Source: an uncultured Candidatus Saccharibacteria bacterium (lineage in GTDB: Bacteria > Patescibacteriota > Doudnabacteria > UBA920). From it: 64,000 bases of DNA. Below are positions 58,541 to 64,000 of this stretch, piece by piece; positions within the stretch are counted from its first letter, which is position 1, and every line of letters starts with the position of its first letter. The notes under the pieces are model-generated. The model worked only from the letters and a program-made list of their open reading frames with translations. It did not search any database and had not been told where the DNA came from. The position numbers and the translations under genes were made by a program. Location of the stretch: contig CAYYWQ010000001.1 of the NCBI GenBank assembly GCA_964474825.1, forward strand, positions 820,152 through 884,151, in the 5' to 3' direction.

Positions 58541-60298
58541 TTAGGGATCGACGAATCTTGCGGCAAGGCCGGAGACGGTGGCAATGGCCCCGTCGGTAAA
58601 CTTCTTGACGGCGCTGGGCTCCACATATGGAACAACCAACTGAGCAAACTGTTCGTCGCCCAGGACTGCTCGGGCCCAGCGCACACGGCGGAAATCGTCG
58701 AGATTGGTGGGGTTCTTGCGTTCGTAAAGAATCAAGTTGTCCAAAGACTCGGCCGCGACGTCTACCGTCGTTTTGCCGCCTTCGGAAAGTTCTAACACGA
58801 ACTTGGACGGGAAACTACAGAGTGCTCCCTGACAAAGTTGGAAGTACAATTGCCGGAACCCTTCCGACAGTTGGTGCTTCCTAACAAGAACAGCAAGACC
58901 GTCCAGGCTCTCCTGGAAGTCTGAGTAGGTAATAGCGAAATTGGGCTCACTGCCCATGGAGACAACAACCGCGTTGGCGAGCTCAATCAGTTTGGCGGGC
59001 TCGCCGACGAAAAGCGTTTTTGCCGTAAGATTGTCGTCCTTGCTCGCAGCGACAACAAACTTTTTGAAAGTTACTGCCGTGGGGTCGGAGTCGGTTTTGA
59101 AAATCCGCTCCTTCAGGGAAGTAAGCTGACCGGTCGAGAAACCGCGGTATTGAAGCGGAGCCTCGGGAGCCGGCACGCCTTGCGCAACTGCGACGAGGAT
59201 CTTCTCCTCTGCGGGAGCCGGGGAAGGAGCAATACTCTGAACGTGCGCTCGCCTTTTCCAAAGGCGGGGCGGGTCGACCGAAACGGTTTCAACGTCGGAT
59301 GTCGCGAGCAAAACGGCAAACGTAGGGTTAGCCTCCGGTTCCGTCCTGCCGGTTACAATCTTGAAGTCAGGAGCGACATTATCGCCGCCGAAGTTGCGGA
59401 TTTGCGAATAGAGCACCTTCATCATATGAGGCGTCCACTTGCCGGTGCGGTAAACAAGGGCGCGTTGGAGAATTTTGCCGCGTTCAAAGTAGTTTGGGAT
59501 TGCTCGCGCCCAAACCTCGGCCACGGTTTTTTCCACGTCCCCAATTTCGGAGATTGCGGGCAGCTCACCATACACAGGATACAAGTAGCCGCCGCCGTCC
59601 TGGTAAATAAACCGCTGGACCAAGTCGACAATGTCAATCTGGTCCGGGTTGAGCACAATGCGTCCTACGCAGTGGCTCAAGATTTGCTGGACGCGCCGGT
59701 CAAGCTCGGAAAACGCCTCGTCTTCTTCCATATCCACGAGGTTCTTGTCGGTGTCGAGGGCTGTTGTGTCCACGGCAATAATGCGCACGCCGAGACCAAC
59801 AACTTCCGCGAGCTGCTTTTTGTAGCCCTCAAGTTCCCCGGGGGAAACCGAAGGGTTGTCGCTGGAAGGGACGCTGACCACAACAATCGGGACAACCCCT
59901 TCCTGCAGCAGCAGCTCCACCATAGGCTTAAGCGTGCCCGTTCCGGTCCCCTTGCCCAGGGCAAAGAAACTGACGGCAATATCTAGCGGCTGAAGCGCCG
60001 CCGAAACTTTGTCGCGATGAAATTCAAACGCTGCCCGCGCGACCTCGGGGTTAAAGCCTGTGCCGTCGCGGCCCGTGCCGTCTTCACCTGTTCCCAGCAG
60101 CACGGAAGAGAACTCCAAACCGAATTCCCCGGCTTTAAAAAACACTTCCACTGCTTCAAGTGTGGCGTGATTTGTGTCGAGCGATGCATACCGCTCGGCT
60201 GGCCATCCGCTGCTTCTTCCGTAAGCAGCAAAGCGTTTGGCCATTTGGTTGCCGCCATAGCCGGAGCCAATGACTCCGACCGTTAATCTATTGGACAT
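58541..60298 (-). CDS. Divergent FtsZ/tubulin-superfamily GTPase with a long unknown C-terminal extension (585 aa from MSNRL)
   Basis: T1 VIGSGYGGNQM; T2 LDTN; T3 GTGFNPEVARAA; signature ALGKGTGTG; T7-like QIDIVDL; GGAGG SD before ATG 60298. Confidence 0.8.
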   Translation of the reverse strand: MSNRLTVGVIGSGYGGNQMAKRFAAYGRSSGWPAERYASLDTNHATLEAVEVFFKAGEFGLEFSSVLLGTGEDGTGRDGTGFNPEVARAAFEFHRDKVSAALQPLDIAVSFFALGKGTGTGTLKPMVELLLQEGVVPIVVVSVPSSDNPSVSPGELEGYKKQLAEVVGLGVRIIAVDTTALDTDKNLVDMEEDEAFSELDRRVQQILSHCVGRIVLNPDQIDIVDLVQRFIYQDGGGYLYPVYGELPAISEIGDVEKTVAEVWARAIPNYFERGKILQRALVYRTGKWTPHMMKVLYSQIRNFGGDNVAPDFKIVTGRTEPEANPTFAVLLATSDVETVSVDPPRLWKRRAHVQSIAPSPAPAEEKILVAVAQGVPAPEAPLQYRGFSTGQLTSLKERIFKTDSDPTAVTFKKFVVAASKDDNLTAKTLFVGEPAKLIELANAVVVSMGSEPNFAITYSDFQESLDGLAVLVRKHQLSEGFRQLYFQLCQGALCSFPSKFVLELSEGGKTTVDVAAESLDNLILYERKNPTNLDDFRRVRWARAVLGDEQFAQLVVPYVEPSAVKKFTDGAIATVSGLAARFVDP

Positions 60299-60953
60299 CT
60301 TTCCCCTCCCTAAAATCAAAAAGTAACCAAACCTGGTTTGTCTCCACGGCCCGCGCAAGGCGAAAACGTGGATCCGAAAATTCTTTTTCAATCAGCCTTA
60401 ACTCTTCGAGCGCGTGGCCTTGAAAGCCATGGCCCAAAGTTGGGTAAGTGCGGGACGGGTTCGGTCTGAGGCCAACCCAGACACCAGGCAATTCCAACCA
60501 CGGCTGAACGCTATAGCTTAAAGGGTCCCGGTGTGCGGGACTCGACCGGCGAACAAAAAATTGCTCGCCAATAAGCTCGCCGTGTTTGACCAACACCTCT
60601 CGAAGATACGTGTGAGCAGGTGGTGGCCGCCAATTGTATATATTTTGCGCCTGCAAGTCAAAACTCAAACCCTTTGTAAAACAGGGCTGAGCAAAATCGA
60701 CCGGAAAGAACCGCAGACTTGCTTCCGCAAATGCCTGATTTGCTAAAAGCAAGGAACGTATAAAACTATCGCGTTCGGGACCGTTAAGAACTGCGTGGTC
60801 GAAACGGATTACTCCATCCCGAACCACAAAATTCTGTTCGTAATCCGTGTTCCGGTTATGGTCGCGAAGGAACCGAAGCAAAAATTCGAGGAACTCCCTC
60901 AAAGCCTGCTCCAGCTCCCGGCCATTCCGGGAAAAACCAGACATCATATTCAT
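60288..60953 (-). CDS. Hypothetical protein overlapping the start of the FtsZ-like gene
   Basis: GGAGG SD before MNMMSG; stop overlaps the next gene by 11 nt. Confidence 0.65.
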   Translation of the reverse strand: MNMMSGFSRNGRELEQALREFLEFLLRFLRDHNRNTDYEQNFVVRDGVIRFDHAVLNGPERDSFIRSLLLANQAFAEASLRFFPVDFAQPCFTKGLSFDLQAQNIYNWRPPPAHTYLREVLVKHGELIGEQFFVRRSSPAHRDPLSYSVQPWLELPGVWVGLRPNPSRTYPTLGHGFQGHALEELRLIEKEFSDPRFRLARAVETNQVWLLFDFREGKDVQ

Positions 60954-61287
60954 TGGTTTCCTCCACCAATTTGTCAAAGTTCCAGAGAGATATTATAAAC
61001 AGAAGCAGGTATTATTTCAAGGTATATTATTGGCAAATTGCGCTTAAATATAAGATAAAATTTTTTAACCCTCTTTATAAAAATAAAGATTCCTCGCAGC
61101 AGAGTTATGAATGCGGAACCTGTGTTAGCTCCTCGGCTCGCTTATCCAGATTTCCGTTGGAATAGACACACCTACGTCGCTAATAAAAAAGGCCGAGTGC
61201 GGGATCAACCATCTTAGGAATGGGATCCGCGCGCACTCGGCGTTGGAAGGTTTGACGATGCTTAACGCGTAACTAAAAAGTATAGCG

Positions 61288-62376
61288 CTATTTAATTGGA
61301 ATTATTGGCCCGCCTCGACCGCCGCTTGCGACGGGAGGCCTACGGGGTACGGGATCGCGAGAGCGATCCTGCTCCTGTTTCAACGCATTGATTTGCGTTG
61401 TCAGTTTGTCATTCTCATGTCTACCCGCCGCCCGGACTTCGGACAGCTTAAAGTAAAAAACAATTGACACGATTACTAACCCTGAAGCTAGTACAGTGAA
61501 AACTGCGACAGCAACTCCAATCCACAAAGGCGGGATCGGCGCCCTGGTAACCACCAGGTCGTAAACCACAGTGTATCCAGTATGCTCGATCTGGAAACCC
61601 GCAAATCCTTCGCCCAGAATTTGAACAAGCATCTGCCCGTTTTCCTGGCGAACTTTTACCACATCAAACCCCGTCTGTTGGTCTAACTTCCCCAACTCCA
61701 CGGTAAAAGTATCCCCCACTTTCAGACTCATATGTTGAACAATCATATGATGGGACGGAAGCCCAACTTCTACCGGCTCTACGGTTTTAGGGTCAATCGT
61801 AATAATCATCTCTTTCGAATTATCTTGCCTGGACACCACGGTGTCGGAAGCGGCCGGTGGGGCCGCCAAAGTCTTAGGCTGGGAAATAACGAAAGTGTCG
61901 CTCGGTGCTGGGATGGTGGCAGGAGTGGCGGACGCCGAAGTTTTCGGGGCCGCGGGAGAAGCAGACTGAGGAGCCGGGGAAGATGTTTTCGCTACCACGG
62001 CTTGGGAGGAGGTTGAAATTCGGGAAGCAAAAAACACATTCGCTTCCTTAAAAAACAGGTTCGCCAGTTTCGGGTCTGCCTTAGCGTCTACCGCCAGCCA
62101 AAACTCCGGCTGGAGATGGGCGTCTTCGGGATTAATGAACTCACCCTTTGCCGGCTTTTGCACGGCGGGGATAAGGTTCGCGAAGTTGCGAACCTGCGGG
62201 AACAACTGGCCGCAGTTGTGCTGCAACCACCGAAGTCCATCCAGGGCGCCTTCGCCCTTGCTCACATCAACCGAGAGTCGATAGCGTCCGTCCACGGGCG
62301 ACGAACATTCTTGTGCCGTAGCGGCCGGAGCCGCCAAAAGCGCAAGGAAAAACAACAAAGCTATACGCATCGTCAT
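61288..62376 (-). CDS. Secreted, C-terminally anchored protein with an S/P/A-rich linker (362 aa)
   Basis: Signal MTMRIALLFFLALLAAPAATA; Cys pair; C-terminal TM plus short coiled coil; TTGCAA-17-TATAGT upstream. Confidence 0.75.
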   Translation of the reverse strand: MTMRIALLFFLALLAAPAATAQECSSPVDGRYRLSVDVSKGEGALDGLRWLQHNCGQLFPQVRNFANLIPAVQKPAKGEFINPEDAHLQPEFWLAVDAKADPKLANLFFKEANVFFASRISTSSQAVVAKTSSPAPQSASPAAPKTSASATPATIPAPSDTFVISQPKTLAAPPAASDTVVSRQDNSKEMIITIDPKTVEPVEVGLPSHHMIVQHMSLKVGDTFTVELGKLDQQTGFDVVKVRQENGQMLVQILGEGFAGFQIEHTGYTVVYDLVVTRAPIPPLWIGVAVAVFTVLASGLVIVSIVFYFKLSEVRAAGRHENDKLTTQINALKQEQDRSRDPVPRRPPVASGGRGGPIIPIK

Positions 62377-62706
62377 ATTGTTCCTCTTTATGGGACTCAA
62401 AACTTCCCGACTAATCGTCTCGCTTGTGTTCGTAAACAACAAACAAAAACCAAACAATAAGCCCTAATGGGACTCCTTACTATATCAAAAAACCTCCAAA
62501 ATTGCAAGAGCCGGAAGTTTAAAAATTTTATATTTAAAAAAATTAGAGTAAAACGATTTAAACCATTTTTTCACTTTACCCACCAAAAGAAAAACTGCGG
62601 CTTGCTGGTAGGCAGGCCGCAGTCGTCCAGATAAGTTGTTACTTAGAGGTTGTCGCCTTTCTGAACTAAGGCGCCCGTTTAGGCCTAACGGGAAGGTTTC
62701 GCGTGT

Positions 62707-63714
62707 TTAGGGGCAGGGTACGGGTACGCCGTTAGCCCCAGTGAAGGCAACGCAGGCGGCTGTCTTAAACAGTGCCGGAGCACTAGGCCAGAGCCACCAT
62801 GCGCCCCCGACAATAGCCGCGCACTCAAGAATGGGCAGACCAATTCCGTAGAGGGATTTCTCCCGCGGGAAGCATGGGATGGGAACTTTGTGTCGCTTCT
62901 TAGTGATCACAATTTCCTCTTCGGGGGGTGGAGACTGAACAACGGTAAGTGAGCCCCGACAGACAGTACGCCTGCCCATGGAGTCCGTAACCCGGAACGC
63001 AATACTGGTGTTCTTTTCGGCTTTAACGGTTATAGAACCGCCTTGGCCGATTTCTTCCCAGTCGTCCCTCGACCACTTACCCGCCGCGCCGTCGGCATCG
63101 CCACGAATGTAACCTTCAAACGTGACACTGTCGCCGAACTTGGCCGTAGCAGCCGAAGGCCGGATTTCACATTCCGTTTGAGGCGGAATGGAAACAACTT
63201 CTGCGGGCGGAGGGGCCGGTACTTCCACGGGTGGTGGAGGCGGCTCTACGCGGGGTGGAGGGGCCGGAGCAGCCGGCGGCGGCGGAATGATGGGAATACT
63301 AACGACTCGCGGATTTCCGCAAACCTTCCCATTCCCGTCCTCGGGCCCAAGGTCGAACATGTCGCGGCCTTGACTATCAACGGCCACTTTTGTTCCTTTC
63401 GGGCGGATTTTCCACAACCACTGTTTCCCCGCCAAGGTCCAAGTGCACTCATTGGTTGGCTGAACCCGGAACTTAATGCCCGCCGGTACGAACCGAAACA
63501 AATTCACGAAGTGCGGTTCGTACGGTTCCTGCGCTGCGCACTTGGTGAGGTCCGGAAGCTCGGTTGGCCACACGACCTTTACACGCGAGGCCTTCTCCCA
63601 AGCGGAGTAACGGTCGTCGGACTCAATGGATGTCGTCTGGGCGAAGGCCGAAACCGACGCCAGAAAAAACAACGCGAAAACTACCGTAAGAACGGTAGTA
63701 CTTACTTTCTTCAT
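62707..63714 (-). CDS. Secreted Cys/Pro-rich protein with an Ig/PKD-like domain and a C-terminal hydrophobic segment
   Basis: Signal ending SAFAQ; AAGGAG SD; PPPP linkers. Confidence 0.75.
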   Translation of the reverse strand: MKKVSTTVLTVVFALFFLASVSAFAQTTSIESDDRYSAWEKASRVKVVWPTELPDLTKCAAQEPYEPHFVNLFRFVPAGIKFRVQPTNECTWTLAGKQWLWKIRPKGTKVAVDSQGRDMFDLGPEDGNGKVCGNPRVVSIPIIPPPPAAPAPPPRVEPPPPPVEVPAPPPAEVVSIPPQTECEIRPSAATAKFGDSVTFEGYIRGDADGAAGKWSRDDWEEIGQGGSITVKAEKNTSIAFRVTDSMGRRTVCRGSLTVVQSPPPEEEIVITKKRHKVPIPCFPREKSLYGIGLPILECAAIVGGAWWLWPSAPALFKTAACVAFTGANGVPVPCP

Positions 63715-63857
63715 GCTGATCTCCTTGAAATTTTCTGAAGTCCAAATTTACGGCCCGCTTGGACCGCTGTACTGCTGTGCCAGCGGTCTGCGAGCACATT
63801 ATAAGTGCTATGTAATTCATAACGCTCATAACGCGCCGGCAGATACTAGAACTCTTG

Positions 63858-63886
63858 ACTATAACAAAAAAACCGCTTTTTGTCAA
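63858..63886 (-). promoter_or_regulatory. sigma70 promoter TTGACA-17-TATAGT for the 335 aa gene
   Basis: TGTCAA at 63881-63886 and ACTATA at 63858-63863. Confidence 0.7.
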
Positions 63887-64000
63887 TAGACAATGCGGTT
63901 TTCACTCATTATTAAAGCCTAAATTGTGGCCTTTAAGGCAAGAATGATTTAAGCCACTTCTTGGCTTTGGCAACGTTTGGGTTACTTAGTACGTTTTTCA

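Noticed and set aside
59150-59986. 278 aa plus-strand ORF and other long antisense ORFs in groEL, ftsZ and the GC-rich island
   Set aside because: They overlap better-supported minus-strand genes; long antisense frames are expected from codon bias and high GC.
56043-63889. GC-rich right end as a prophage or plasmid partition (TubZRC) locus
   Set aside because: No phage structural, integrase or replication genes, no HTH TubR-like gene and no iteron array are visible.

Overview
Gene-dense chromosomal segment, mostly on the minus strand. Gene content and style suggest a CPR/Patescibacteria organism, possibly Doudnabacteria-like (inference). From left to right it holds: (1) a giant secreted SpvB/FG-GAP/RHS protein of more than 2620 aa that runs off the left edge and is missing from the ORF track; (2) an O-antigen-ligase/TPR protein, a class A beta-lactamase-like protein, a Com-like zinc ribbon and a 1209 aa S-layer-like protein; (3) a tkt-glpX-fba-LOG-tal carbon cluster, and metK with a SAM-I riboswitch; (4) tRNA-Pro, tRNA-Gly, HU, nusB and rpmF; (5) an array of unannotated small membrane peptides behind a ~590 nt structured leader; (6) groES/EL with a CIRCE variant, mutM, a short Rel, ndk, a cyclophilin and comEC; (7) an NrdR-controlled nrdR-nrdJ-cobO operon with B12-uptake-like genes; (8) canonical ftsZ and a 1679 aa HEXXH protein; (9) a GC-rich accessory island with a second, highly divergent FtsZ/tubulin-like GTPase among Pro-rich, Ig-like membrane proteins. 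The strongest candidates for undescribed systems are a GxxExxY nuclease-fold gene bracketed by 39 bp inverted repeats that also occur as two 91 bp empty copies, the divergent FtsZ island, and the structured-leader/small-peptide array. All calls were made by eye; no database searches or folding programs were run.
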